From Octopus vulgaris (taxonomy: Eukaryota), in contig OX597814.1 in NCBI GenBank assembly GCA_951406725.2, positions 123,380,001 through 123,444,000 of the forward strand: a stretch of 64,000 nt of DNA, read 5' to 3'. A model generated the notes under the pieces. The model saw only the letters and a program-made list of their open reading frames with translations. It had not been told where the DNA came from and did no database searches. This document shows, piece after piece, positions 13,330-26,748 of the stretch. A program made the position numbers and the translations under genes. Position 1 is the stretch's first letter, and the number at the start of each line of letters is the position of its first letter.

Positions 13330-13835
13330 TCAAGCACAGTGAACTGCCAGGAGTTAGGGTCCCTTGTCATCCCCTCTGTGAGGTCCAAAGTCTGTAGATC
13401 TTTTCTCACTACATTGTCCTGGGTCTACCTCTTCCAGATGTTCCCTCTACAATTAGAGATCAGCACCTCTTGATGCTACTGTCTTCATTCATATACATTA
13501 CATGGTCATACCAGTGCAGTCTTCTCTCTTGCACGCTATATCTGATGTTACATATACTCAGTTTTTCTCTCAAATCACTTAGAATCCATCACATATGCAC
13601 ACTGACATTACCCATCCAGTGGAGCATACTGGTTTCATTTCTTTCAAGCCTTCACATATCCTCAATAGTCACAGCCATGTAGCAAAGCTGTTCATACACA
13701 GGTATCATACAATCTGCCTTTCACTCTGAGACCCTTCATTACTAACAGAGGTAGTAGCTCTCTGAACTTGGCCCAGCCTACTCTTATTCTAGCAGCTATG
13801 CTTTCATTACAACCTCCCCCACTACTAACTTGGTT
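13330..13835 (-). mobile_element. RTE-clade LINE 3' fragment
   Basis: Homologous to the fragments at 16660-17460 and 43970-44490 (ARVGWAKFRELLPLL...RVKGRLYDTCV). Confidence 0.75.
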
Positions 13836-14264
13836 GAATGCTCAACACTGCATTGATGGATAAAACTTCTTTATTTATGGGTTAAAGCTACCATTGGCTT
13901 CATATTAAGCCTGCCACATGGAACAATGGTTCATCTTCATCTTGGATTAAAACTTGATAAAATCTCATAAGACCGTGATAAAGTAATTTGAAATCTTGGG
14001 TAAACAAACAAATAGTGTTCATTTGTTTGGCAAAAACCTTGCATTATTTTATCAAGATCTTACATGATTTTATTATAGCTTAATCCAAGATGGAGATGAG
14101 TACCAATACTCCATGTGACAGGTTAGATAACTGTTAAGAGATTTCTCTCTTAACATGAAACCAATGGTTTCATGAAGTGTGTGTCTGTGTGTGTGTATAT
14201 ATTCAACTTATGTTGAAAGTCAACAAGCAAAGTTTGCTTTAGAAGTGTTGGTATGTATTGAAAG

Positions 14265-14541
14265 ATACAGATAAGGAAATAATTTTATTCTCAAGTGCAG
14301 GATGATGCTAATAATATAACATGAACAGGATAAACTATCCATATTTTGCAGAAAAATTTGTCACCAGCCAGTCATGAGACTCGAACTCACATCCTTGGCA
14401 TTACGCGTCCAGGATGTGAGTCCGAGTCTCATGGCTGGCCACCAACAGATTTTTCTGCAAAATATGGATAGTTTATCCTGTTCATGCTATATTATTAGAA
14501 TTATCCTGCATTTGAAAATAAAATCATTTCCTTATCTGTAT
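14265..14541. repeat. Long palindrome / fold-back element (131-bp arms, ~15-nt loop)
   Basis: 14265-14395 is the near-perfect reverse complement of 14411-14541. Confidence 0.9.
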
Positions 14542-16659
14542 ATATATATATATGTATATATACACACACACAAGACTTTACCCTATCTTAAAACTTAGTG
14601 ACAGAAATGTTTGCTGATGATGATACACTTATCTGCCAGTGTAAGGAACAGGCAGAACATAGTGAATGCCTTTGGCAGGGCAGCCATAAAGTTCAACTTA
14701 AATATTCATTAACATTCAGAAAACATATGCATCAGTAGTTGTTAGATCAGTGACTTCATTGGTGTTCTTCTACTCCAAATGGTTGATCTGAGATGCAGGA
14801 AAGATCTACATTCAGGATGTCACAGCATGAAACACTAAGTTTGAAGATTTGACATTATAGCCTATTCTTTATTTGTTCTCTCACATGTGCCAAAGTTTAG
14901 TAAAAGAAACAAATTAAAAGTGCCTGTTGCATGGACAATCAGCTGGTGCCTTCTACAATATCCACAGATTGACTAACGTAATGTGAATAAAATTTATTAG
15001 AAGGAAAACATAAGCAACCTGCTGTGTATGTGTGTATACAGAGTTTGTCTTGGCATGTGTGCACTGATTGTAAACAGAAAAGACACTAACCTACAAATGC
15101 TGTCATTTGTTTGCAATCCTTCTGTAACAAGACGAAGGTCTCAGGAACACTTGAGGGGTGTCTGTCTTATCTTGTCACATACAATTGTCGAAGGGACAAC
15201 CAAAATCCAACTGTCTTCAATAGCAATAAATAATACTTTATTTTTCCGGGTTTTGCAAGTAAAAATATATAATATATACACATATTTTTTCCTTAAGGGT
15301 GAACCGGTAGCCAAGTCCACAAGACTGTTCACAAATGTTCACTTGTATGAGCCAAAATTACCGTCTCCGTTCCTGCTTAGAAGAGAGCTTCTCTATATGT
15401 AGGGTTTTCCCTGAGAGAAGGTTGGTCATGTCCTCTTGGTAGGGTTGCTGATTCAAAAAGACAGATTTAGTGGGAACGCTTTTGGTTTGCAGTTCTCTGC
15501 GCATGTGCATGAGGGAACTTCCAGAGGCCTGCCAGAAGTAATCCAACTCTGCACATGCGCGCTGAAAACTTCCAAAAATAGTGTCACTACACTTCTTAAA
15601 AGCATGTTCCACCAATGAGGTGTTCGTTGTTTGAAAGACTAAGGGAAATATTACCTTACTTGAAAACAGGTAAGCGTTGGCAACAGGAAGAGCATCTGGC
15701 TGTAGAAATATCTGCCTCAACAAGTCTTGTCTGGCACATGCAAGCATAGAAAAGGATGTTGCAATTAAGATGATAATGATATGATGATGAAAACCTATTC
15801 AATGTGGTATGACCTTGCTTGTTCATATGCTGCAAAGTGAAGATGAAATTTTCACCCAGCTACAACTTCTACAACTATTACATGTATCTTTTCAGTTAAA
15901 TGCAATACAGAATCATGACATTTGACACTGTGTACAAGACACATACCTTTTCAGACCACCAATAGAAAGATAACATTTATTATATGGTTGGCAGACATAC
16001 CCTTCCTAATACCAACCACTTTAGAGTGTACCGGGTGATTTTTACGTGGCACTATTACTGGCAAGGTCACCAACTAATATGCAAAACAAAAATAAAGGCC
16101 CTTCAACCAAAGAAGTAGTATTGAGGGAGATGGCTTTGAGTCAGATGATGAGAAGTTAAACTATGGTAGAGGGGCAGAAATAAGGGGAGATTACCCTAGT
16201 TAGAGGAAAGAAAGAGAGAGATGGAGTTGTTGTACCAGAGCATACTCTCAAGGTACAGGGAGGTAAATATAAATGGAGTGTTACAGAGGACTGGACAGGG
16301 TGAGTGAGCAGAGAGTTCATGAGAGTGTGAATGGAGAGTAGAAGACAAGGGTGGGGACAGTAATTGGTGAACACAGGTATGTAGGGGAGTGGCAAAATAG
16401 TAATGATATACAGATGGCAGGGGGAAGGACAGGAGAAAGAGATGACAAAGTAGCATTGGTCTACAGGAGCAGGTAGGGAGAGAGAGTCAAGCATAATACA
16501 TAGGGAAACATTGTTTGGTTCACTGAGGCAGTGGAGCGGTTAATGTAATGTATGGGTGGAGAATACATAATATACAGTGCTTCTATAACTCATTTTCGAT
16601 GAGGTGGGTAGATCTGCTCAAGAACCTCATACTGACTGACATTTTGACCTATTGTCATC

Positions 16660-17460
16660 TCTTCCATGACACTCAATATCTTGAGATCAGCCATCACTAC
16701 TTCATCCCATAATCTTCCTAGTCTCCTTCTTCTGCAGGTTCCACACACTTTAAGCAATCAGTGCCTCGTTATACAGCTGTCCTCAATTCTACATGTCACA
16801 TGACTAAACCATCGTAGTCTTCTCTCTTGCATGCTACATCTGATTCACCTTATGCCCAACTTTTCCATCAACACATTTACATTTTATTGCACATCCATAG
16901 GAGCATACTAGCTTCATTCCTCTCTAGTCTTCACATGTCCTCAGCATTCAGGACCCACATCTCACTTCCATGGAGCATGGCTGCTCATACACAAGCCTCA
17001 TACAATCTGCTATTCACTCTGAGAGAGGCATTTCATTACCAACTGAGGTAATAGTTCCCTGAACTTTCTGTATCCTATTTTCATTCTAGCAACTCTACTT
17101 TAGAAACATCCTCTTCCACTGCTAATTTGGCCACCTTGGTAACAAAAATTAATTACGACCTCTAGGGAGTCTCCTGAGCATTTGAGAAAATCTAATTTCT
17201 GTGTGTCTTATTCACATTCTTGCTAACTACAGCTTTGGTCTTAACTTGGAGGCACTTTGATTCCTCCATACCTGAAATTTCTTTTCCAGTTCAGCTACTG
17301 ATTTTGCTACAATATTAAGTTCATCAATATATGTAGTTGTTACCATGATCAGCCTGTCAGTTATGGCTTGGAGGGCTATGATGAATAAGAGGGGACTGAG
17401 AAACAAGCCCTGGCGAATTTCTACTTGTACACTAAGTTCACCATTGTACTCGTGGCAATA
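16660..17460 (-). mobile_element. Degenerate RTE-clade LINE fragment
   Basis: Same family as 43970-44490; RT motif B remnant near 17390-17420. Confidence 0.7.
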
Positions 17461-17676
17461 GCATATGTAAATATCTTCAGAACGGTCTTTGAAAGTAATT
17501 TTTAAATATTTGTGAAGTAGAACAGAAAGTTATATTATTTAGGTATGCATTACCATTGATTGAAGAAGGGTCTGAGCATTTTCCACCATTAACAAAACAT
17601 GCTCATAACATTATGAAAGGACTTAATAATACTTGTAAATTTATGGGCCGTGACTGTGGAGGACATGAGGATATAC

Positions 17677-17727
<51 letters not shown>

Positions 17728-17739
17728 CATATATATTCT

Positions 17740-18125
17740 TTTATTTGTTTTGGTCATTTGACCGCAGCCATGCTGGAACACCACTTTAAAGAGTGTTAGT
17801 TGAAGAAATCAACCCCAGGACTTATTCTTTATAAGCCTAGTACTTATTCTATTAGTCTCTTTTGCCAAACTGCTAAGTTACAGGGATGTAAACACATCAG
17901 TACTGATTGTCAAGTGGTGGAGTGGGGACGAACACTGACACACAGATATATATATATATATATATATATGCGACTGGCTTCTTCCAATTTCTGTCTATCA
18001 AATCCACTCACAGGCTTTGGTTGGCCCGGGGCTATAGTAAAAGGCAGTTGCCCAAAGTGCCATGCAGTGGGACAGAATCCAAAACCATGTGTTTGGGAAG
18101 CAAGCTTCTTACCACACAGCCACAA
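17740..18125 (-). mobile_element. tRNA-derived SINE family A with a central (TA/TG) microsatellite
   Basis: Head GGAGTGGCTGTGTGGTAAG...GGTTCAGTCCC and tail CAGCATGGCCGCAGTCAAATGACTGAAACAAGTAAAAGAG. Copies at ~20975-21320(+), 21368-21720(-), 24157-24553(-), 25460-25826(+), 27553-27953(+), 29112-29482(+), 48278-48485(-), 50175-50532(+), 54713-55172(-), 55861-56240(-), 56645-57052(-), 61215-61500(+) and 62900-63502(-). Confidence 0.85.
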
Positions 18126-19782
18126 GCTTATTTTTGCAAAGCTATGTACATAAACAACTCTATCAAAATGAAAAGATTAGAGAGATGCATTGCTGTAGGT
18201 GTTGTATAAAGGTAGTAAAGACACATGCATAAAGCCAAAGATTTGGAAGAAAATAACATGGAAAATATATGATAGGGTCAAGTGTATCTGGGATCTTCAA
18301 AAAAGAAAGTATAAAACAGAAAAGATATTTAGGAACTTTACTCTCTTTTGAATGAAGTTTGTGGTCCTTATTCAATTTCCTTTCTTCATAAGAAATTTGC
18401 TCCTCGGGTACATAGCACTCTGGGCAAGAATCTTTCACAATAATCCTACTTGTGCTGGTGCCACATAAAAAGCACTTGTTACACTTTGTAGAGTGGTTCG
18501 TGTTAAGAAGGGCATCCAGGTGTAGAATCTATGCCAAAACAGACAATGGAGCCTAGTGCAGTTTCTGGCCTTGCCAGCTCCTGTCAAACTCTCCAATCCA
18601 TGCCAGCATGGAAAACGAATGTTAAATGATAATGATGATGATAACAATGACAAGACCATTCTAAGGATCAGCTAAATCATTCATCCGACATTAATTGGTC
18701 CATTTTAGAACTCAGTCATCAAATTCCTATATAACACCTTTCTTGAAGATCTGCCAACTTCCAATAAAGCAAAACTTATTTTACACGAACTTAGTTACCC
18801 GCGTCACTTTACTGGCATGTGAACAAAACATTCAAGCGAGGTCGTTGCCAGTGCCACTGGACTGACTCCTGTGCAGGTGGCGCGTAAAAAACACCATTGA
18901 GATTGTGGTCGTTGCCAGTACCGCCAGACTAGCCCTCGTGCAGGTGGCACATAAAAGCACCCACTAAACTCTCGGAGTGGCTGGCATTAGGAAGGGCATC
19001 CGGCTGTAGAAACTCTGCCAGATCAGATTGGAGCTTGGTGCAGCCATCTGGTTTGCCAGTCCTCAGTCAAATTGTCCAACCCATGCTAGCATGGAAAGTG
19101 AATGTTAAAATGATGATGATGATGATCATCATCATCATGATTTGTAATGGACAAGCTCATGGCATTGACAGTGTTTTGGCAGAGGGGCCCAAATTTGGAG
19201 GAAATAGATTGCTGGATTCCATGCACAAAAAAATTAATGAGCGTGTTCCTCAAGAGATGCATTGCTAAAGGTAGACAAACGAAAAAGTAGTAAAGACACA
19301 AGCATGAATGTGGTTTCAATTCCCAGACCAGGTGGTGCATTGTCTTTTTGAGTAAAACCACTTCATTTTGACACAGCTCCAGTCCACTCAACTGTAAATA
19401 AGTTACCCTGTGATGGAGTGGTGTCTTGTTCAGAGAGAATGTTGTGATCTTAGTCATTTACATGTCCCCATACGGCCTGCCCACCTAACAAGCAATGTGG
19501 CTTCATTTGAAAGCTATAACAATACAAAGAACACATTGTAATCAGTGAAGTATAACATCCAAGAGTCTGACAGTCAGGTTGAAACACTGGATAGATCGCT
19601 AGCCACTACACATTCTTTATTTTCTCTCCTTGTTCCTTTCTGTGGAAGCTCGAAATGTTAGACTTTTTCACTTCCCAAGCATTATCCTAAAACATCTTAT
19701 TGTTGTCTACACCACCTGTCTTCGTCTTTTGTTTGTGAATTCTCCCTTTAGCATGGAAAGCGAACATTAAACGATGATGATG

Positions 19783-19813
<31 letters not shown>

Positions 19814-19946
19814 CAGGGTATCCCAGAAGTCGCGCACCACCCTGGTTTTATAAAAATAATACACCCTTATTGATTTCAAAAACACCTTTTGAAAATAATC
19901 ATACTAAATGCTCAAATTGAGCAACCCCTGATAATGGGACACCCTG
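19814..19946. mobile_element. Tc1/mariner-type MITE
   Basis: TIRs CAGGGTATCCCA / TGGGACACCCTG flanked by TA. Confidence 0.7.
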
Positions 19947-19988
19947 TATATACATATATACATGCATGCATGCATACATACATACATA

Positions 19989-20897
19989 TAGGGTGGGTGG
20001 AAAGTAACTAAGTATTATAAATTGCTTACAGAATTTTTAGTTTCACTGAAGTCATGACAAAAACATTTTTTAAACAGACAACACTAATGGGGATTTTTTA
20101 TTTCCTTATTGACTTAATTCTTATTCTTATTTTCCAGATGGCTGGTCACTTGACTGTTCAGGAGCGAGCTAAGATAGCAGCACGCTATGAAGTGTGGAAT
20201 TCCATTGTTTTGGTTCAGACTTGATGGTGTGCATGGAAAGGTAAGCATACAACCCTATATCTGAAGACAATAAAAAGTTGTCATGCAAAGCTGATGACTA
20301 TGGGCTCCGTGATCGATACAAGAAGTGGCTGTCCAGCGACATCGCAATTAGTGGAGAATGAGGCAACAGTGCAGGAGATGTTTAATTGCAGCCCACAAAA
20401 ATCAACACATCAAGCAGCTCATGAAAATGGACTGATAAGACACACAATACATATGGTGTTGCATAAGGAATTGAATTTTCGTCCGTGGAAACCCCATTAT
20501 GTGCAGGACCTAAAACCTGAAGACTGTGGCCACAGAATGGAATATGGAGAGTTAATGCTAGGTGGGTATGAAGACTGGCCTTAATCATTTGAAAACATCT
20601 TCTGGAGTGACAAGGCTGGGGTGTTATGATATCGATCACACACTGAAGGACTTGGAGTCATGGATTCAGGAGATTCTCAATGATATCCTAGACGACATCT
20701 TTCAGAGGGTTGTTCATTCCATCCCTAGCCGTTTGAGGAAACTGACTGACGCCGCCGGTGCTTATGTTGAAATATGAAGATTTACTTTCAGTTTCCCATG
20801 TAATAAAGAACATGTATCATTTGTTTCAATAAATTTGTAAAAGGAATATGGATTTTATTACCAATTTTTAATGCCTACTTACTTTTCACCCACCCTG
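19989..20897 (+). mobile_element. Internally deleted Tc1/mariner (maT/DD37D-like) transposon
   Basis: TIRs AGGGTGGGTGGAAAGTAA / TTACTTTTCACCCACCCTG in a TA context. Disrupted transposase N-terminus (MAGHLTVQERAKIAARYEVWNS...RSGCP) and C-terminus (FQRVVHSIPSRLRKL...GAYVE). Confidence 0.8.
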
Positions 20898-20901
20898 TAT
20901 G

Positions 20902-20967
<66 letters not shown>

Positions 20968-22759
20968 TACACGTGCAGGCATGGCTGTGGTAAGAAGTTT
21001 GTTTCCCAACCACATGGATCCAGGTTCAGTCCCATTGCATGGCACCTCAGGCCAACCAAAGCCTTGTGAGTGGATTTAGAAGACAGAAACTGAAAGACCC
21101 CTGTCATATATACGTGTGTGTGTGTTTGTCCCCCTCTGCCACTTGATAACTGGTGTTTGTGTGTTTATGTCCCCATAATTTAGTGGTTCAATGAAAAAGG
21201 CCAAATGAATAAGTACCAGGCTTTAAAATAAAGTCCTGGAGTCAATTCTTTTTACTAGAATTCTTCAAGGCAGTACTCTAGCATGGTCCACAGTCTAACA
21301 ACTGAAATAAGTAAAAACAATATAAAAGATATATTCTTAAGAAAAAAACTGGATTTGAAACATTGGTACTCTCTTACTTGTTTCAGTCATTTGACTTCAG
21401 CCATGCTGGAGCACTGCTTTTAGTCGAGCAAATCGACCCCAGGACTTATTCTATCAGTCTCTTTTGCCTAACCACTAAATTACAGGGATGTAAACACATC
21501 AGCATCAGTTGTCAAGTGATGTTGGGGGGACAAACAGACACACAAACATATATACGACGGGCTTCTTTCAGTTTCCGTCTACCAAATCCACTCACAAGGC
21601 TTTGGTCAGCCCGAGGCTATAGTAGAAGACACTTGCCCAAGGTACCACGCAGTGGGACTGAACCTGGAACCATGTGGTTGGCAAGCAAGCTACTTGCCAC
21701 ACAGCTACTCCTGCGCCTATAAAAAACCATAAAAAGAAATGAAAAAATAATCACTCTTTATTCCATGTACTGATTGTATTAGTCTGATTAATCTTCAGAT
21801 TAGGCTAAAATCTCACCTTAATCTCATGTATGCATACATGCATGAACCAGCAAAAAAAGCCTGTACATATCTTGATTGACAGACATAGTGCCTAACTGCC
21901 CTCATATTAGTTTATATAAGGATGAGTCCATGAAAGAGGCATCTAAATTACAGCTACACCTGATGGAAATAGCAGCCAATTCTCACTTAAATTGCAGCCT
22001 ACCGTCTCATCTAATGGGGAAGAGGAAGCCGCCCAGTGGTATCTCAAAATACTAGAAATAGTAACCAAATTTTCCTCAAACATTATTATCATTTGTGTTT
22101 ACATGCATGCATAATTGAGACAGCTGTGTGTCAGCGAGACATGCCACATATATTCCACCTCAAACTACATTCTTTTGTCCCCAGTTACTTAGACACAATA
22201 TCTGGGCAACACCAATACTTCTGTTAGTGTGTGTGTGTGATCATTTAATGTTCAGTAACTATGCTTGTGTGGTTTGGCAGGAGCGGAGCTGGCAAGGCAG
22301 AAAGCTACACCAGACTCCACTATGTGAGTGTGTGTGTGAGAGAGAGAGAGAGAGACACACATCATTATCATACCTGAAAGTAAAGAGGTAATATTTACAG
22401 ATGTTCTCAGTAGTTATCGCCACAAGCTTACATAATTTGTCTTCTGAAAGATTTTAGAAAATTTCTCCAGTTGGTCGGTCAAGGCCGAGGCTAGTGAGGT
22501 ATAAAAGGCATGAGAGTAGTCTGACCTAAGATAAAAATGCCAGTTCTAGAAAGTTGACATTACTGCCTGATTATTGACAAAGAAAGTGTTCAGCACCCAT
22601 GAATGATGTTGTATGGCAGTGGTTTGGGGGAATGTGCGTTACATCTGGTCCTTTGGATATCTTTTATCTTTACTGGTTTCAGCCAAAGGCTGGGGCCATG
22701 CTGGAGCACCATCTTTCAATGTTTTGGTGAAGAAGCAATCTGGATGAAACTGCTCTTCT

Positions 22760-23055
22760 TTGTGCCTTCTTCCATGATGTGGGCTCATCTGGGATTTCAG
22801 ACAGAAATTTGTCCAAGTAATTTTTTGAAGCTCCCCACATTTGCACCTCACAAATCTTTGAGGTTCTTTGGCAGGATATTTAACAGTTATGGTCCCCTGA
22901 AACTCAAGTTCTGACAGTACTGGGTCCTTGTCCGAGATGAAGAACTTGGGATCTTTGGTATTAAGCAATGCCATCCAGTTTGGTGGTTGACAAAGCTTTT
23001 AATTCCAAAGATGGGAGCTAGATCTGCATAGCTTTCTTGCCTTCTCTCCAATATA
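22760..23055 (-). mobile_element. Degenerate LINE (L2/CR1 group) ORF2 C-terminal fragment
   Basis: The minus strand reads ..SFRGP*LLNILPKNLKDL*GANVGSFKKLL.., resembling LINE ORF2 ends. Confidence 0.5.
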
Positions 23056-24357
23056 CTCTTTTACAAACAGACACACAAACATACATATATATATATACAT
23101 ACGACGGGCTTCTTTCAGTTTCTGTCTACCAAATCCACTCACAAGGCTTTGGTTGGCCTGAGGCTATAGCAGAAGACACTTGCCTAGGGTGCCACACAGT
23201 GGGACTGAACCCGTAACCATGTAGTTCGTAAGCAAGCTACTTACCACACAGCCACTCCGACTACTAGTTTAGAAATTTTGAAAGGTGCATCTGTGACTTG
23301 AACACACCACTCTACTTACCTTGATTCATACTGATACCTACATTAGCATCTTAATAAACAGGTTTCATTATTGTCTTTCATGCTGATGGGTCGAAATTAA
23401 AACAAATCATGTAGCTGTAACAGGACAGCTACAAATAACTCTACTTACAATTGTGTTTGCATTTGTAAACCCATCAAACCTGTATTAAAATGAAAACCAA
23501 AAAACAAAAGGGCGCAAACATACAAACAAAAATATAAAACCTATGCCAACAGAAAATAGATGTTCAATGATTGATTGGTTGGTTGATGGATGAATGGATG
23601 TACAGGAGTAGGCATGGCTGGGTTAAGAAGTTTGTTTCAGAAGCATATGGTTCAAGGTTCATACCTACTGCATGGCATTGTCAGCTGGTGTGTCTTATAT
23701 TATAGCAAGCTGTGAGTCAATAGGCTGATGACAGACAAACCAATGCCTTGTGATTGAATTGGTAGACAGAAACTGTAAAAAGCCATCATCATTTAACTCC
23801 CATTTTCCATGCTCACATGGGTTGAATGGCTTGACAGGCGCTGACAAGACCAGGATCCAGAGTCTGTTTTTGGTATGGTTTCAACAGTTGGATGCCCTTC
23901 CTAACAGCAACCACTTTACAGAGTGCACTGCTTGTTTTTTTACATGGCACATCAACAGTGCCTTTTACATGATGCCATCACCAGTGTGTTTTATGCGGTG
24001 CCAGCACCAGTTGTTTTTATGTGGCACCTTAATATATGTATATATTCATTCTTTGTATCTGTTTTGCATGCTAAAATGAGTTGGGCGAGGTGTTTGAGGG
24101 AGGATTTTACATATAGATACTCATACTGTAGCCAACCTTTACCTGTTTTCAAACAGCTCTTTTACTTGTTTCAGTCATTTGACTGTGGCCATGCTGGAGC
24201 ACCGCCTTTAGTTGGGCAAATCAACCCCAGGACTTATTCTTTGTAAGCCTAGTACTTATTCTATCGGTCTCTTTTGCCGAACCGCTAAGTTACAGGGACG
24301 TAAACACACCAGCATCAGTTGTCAGGCAATGCTGGGGGGACAAACACAGACACGCAA

Positions 24358-24404
<47 letters not shown>

Positions 24405-26390
24405 TATATACGATGGGCTTCTTTCAGTTTCCATCTACCTAATCCACTCACAAGGCTTTGGTCAGCCCGAGACTATAGTAAAAGGCACTTGCCCAAGGTG
24501 CCACGTAGGGGTTAGTAAGCAAGCTACTTACCACACACCCACTCCTACGCCTATAAGGGAAATTTTGTTTCAAAAGTCTTGAAGGAAGCAAGAGACTGGT
24601 AACAATATCTATCAACAAAGAATGTCAACATCATCATTGGTCAGCTTGAGCAGAGATAAGCAGGAGTGACTGTGTGGTATGTAGCTTGCTTACCAACTAC
24701 ATGGTTCCGGGTTCAGTCCCACTGCGTGGCACTTCAGGCAAGTGTCTTCTACTACAGCCTCATGTAATCACACATATACAAATGTGTTCCAGCGGTTTCC
24801 ATCTACTACCACTTTCATTCACAAGGAATCGGTTGACCTGGGGCTATAGTAAAAAGCACTGAAGGTACTACACAATGGAACCAAACTCAGAAACATAACT
24901 GCAAAGTAAGCTTTCTTAACCACATGAAATACTTGTATCTTCCTATTCTTGATGTTTGAGCACTGATTAAAACCAGTCTTTGTCTATATCAATAGTGTCG
25001 TTTTTTATAATCTCCTACAAATACATGTTTGACTAGTGAACAGTGTGTTGTTTAATATAACCTTGCTGGGGTAACAGAAAAAAGGTTGACAACAGGAAGA
25101 CTAACTGGTAATAGAAAAATCCGCTTCAACAAAATTTGCCTGAATCATGCAAACACAGAAAAGTGGATTTTAAAATGATGTTGATGATGATAATGGTATA
25201 TGCTCACAAATGCACTTGCTAACTTGATGTTTAGAAATGCAAATGAGAATAAATAGTACTAAATATGCATAGTAGAGGTTAATTATTGTGCAAAATCAAT
25301 GTTGTAGACTGTAGCTTCAGGTAGTCACAAATTACATACATTTGTGTGGATGTTTAGATTTCATCAATAAAGCTCAATGATAACACAAATGCATGAATAT
25401 CCAAGTAACTACCGATTGGATCACCGATTTTACAATTAAAGACGCAAATATATATATGTGCAGGAGTGGCTGTATGGTAAGTAGTTTGCTTACTAAACAC
25501 ATGACTCCGGGTTCAGTCCCACTGCCACGGGTCGACCAAAGCCATGTGAGTGGATTTGGTAGACGGAAACTGAAAGAAGCCAGTCATATATATATATATA
25601 TATATGTATGTATGTGTGTGTGTGTGTGTGTCCGTGTTTGTCTCCCCCAACATCGATTGACAACTGATGCTGGTGTGTTTACGTCTCCGTAACTTAGCGG
25701 TTTGACATAAAAGACCAATAGAATAAGTACTAAGCTTACAAAGAATAATCTCTGGGGTCGATTTGCTTGACTAAAGGCGGTGCTCCAGCAATGCTGTAGT
25801 CAAAGGACTGAAACAAGTAAAAGAGTATAGCATCATTGTTTTAATATCCATTTTTCAATGCTTGTATAAATCAGATGGAATTGGTTTCTACAACTGGATG
25901 TCCTTGTTTCTAAGCAAGTTAACATTTACCTATGACTGGACATCATTTCATAAGCCCGTTAAGGTCACTGAGGATCATACCATCTTCTTCTGACAGGGCG
26001 CTGATGCTATCTTTTCCCAAACATTGTTTTCCTTTTATGCATGTCAAGCCTCTATTCTCTTTGAGAGCTTTTAGTTAATTGTCTTCGTCATATTCTTTGA
26101 TGTCTGATGATTTTATAGGTTTCAATGTACTCCATGTTCTGAATTCTTGTCTCACTTCCCACTGAGCTGATGCAATGTCAAGATGAAGGGACACAAAAAC
26201 ACATAAATATACGCATATGTATATATGCAGAATTTATGTGAGCTGCTCAAAAACACACCACCAGTGTAGTAAATGGGGGAGGCTTAGTCTGCAATATCTG
26301 CAGACATGTATGTTTATCAAGGGCTGGATTCATTAGTCACCAGCAGAGTCACAAGAGCAAAGTATAAATTTGTCTGAGTACACAGTGTTC

Positions 26391-26613
26391 TTAACGCTTT
26401 CGTTACTGTATTTATTTTGAGATGCTCTGTGTTTCTTTCAATTAATTTTAAATATAACAAAGAATTTAGTAAAACAACTTAGTTATGATTAAGCTAGTGT
26501 TAGGAACATAAATTGTAACTCAGGTTTGGTGGAAGATTTTAATTTGATACTTATGAAAACAAGACATTCGTACTAAAGAGGCAGTTTCGGCCAGGTTGGT
26601 ATCAAAAGGGTCA
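26391..26613. mobile_element. piggyBac-like MITE
   Basis: TTAA CGCTTTCGTTAC ... GTATCAAAAGGG TCAA imperfect TIRs. Confidence 0.5.
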
Positions 26614-26748
26614 ATGATTTACCTTGGTCAAGACACTTGCCCTAGTTGTCACACAATGTGATTGAACCTGGAACCATGTGCTTGAGAAGCAAATTGCTTA
26701 ACCACATACCGATGCCTGCACTTATGTATTTATACACACACACACATA

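Noticed and set aside
15283-15620. Higher-complexity segment with overlapping 124-129 aa ORFs
   Set aside because: No recognisable domain or splice structure; probably an unclassified decayed repeat, but I cannot support a call.
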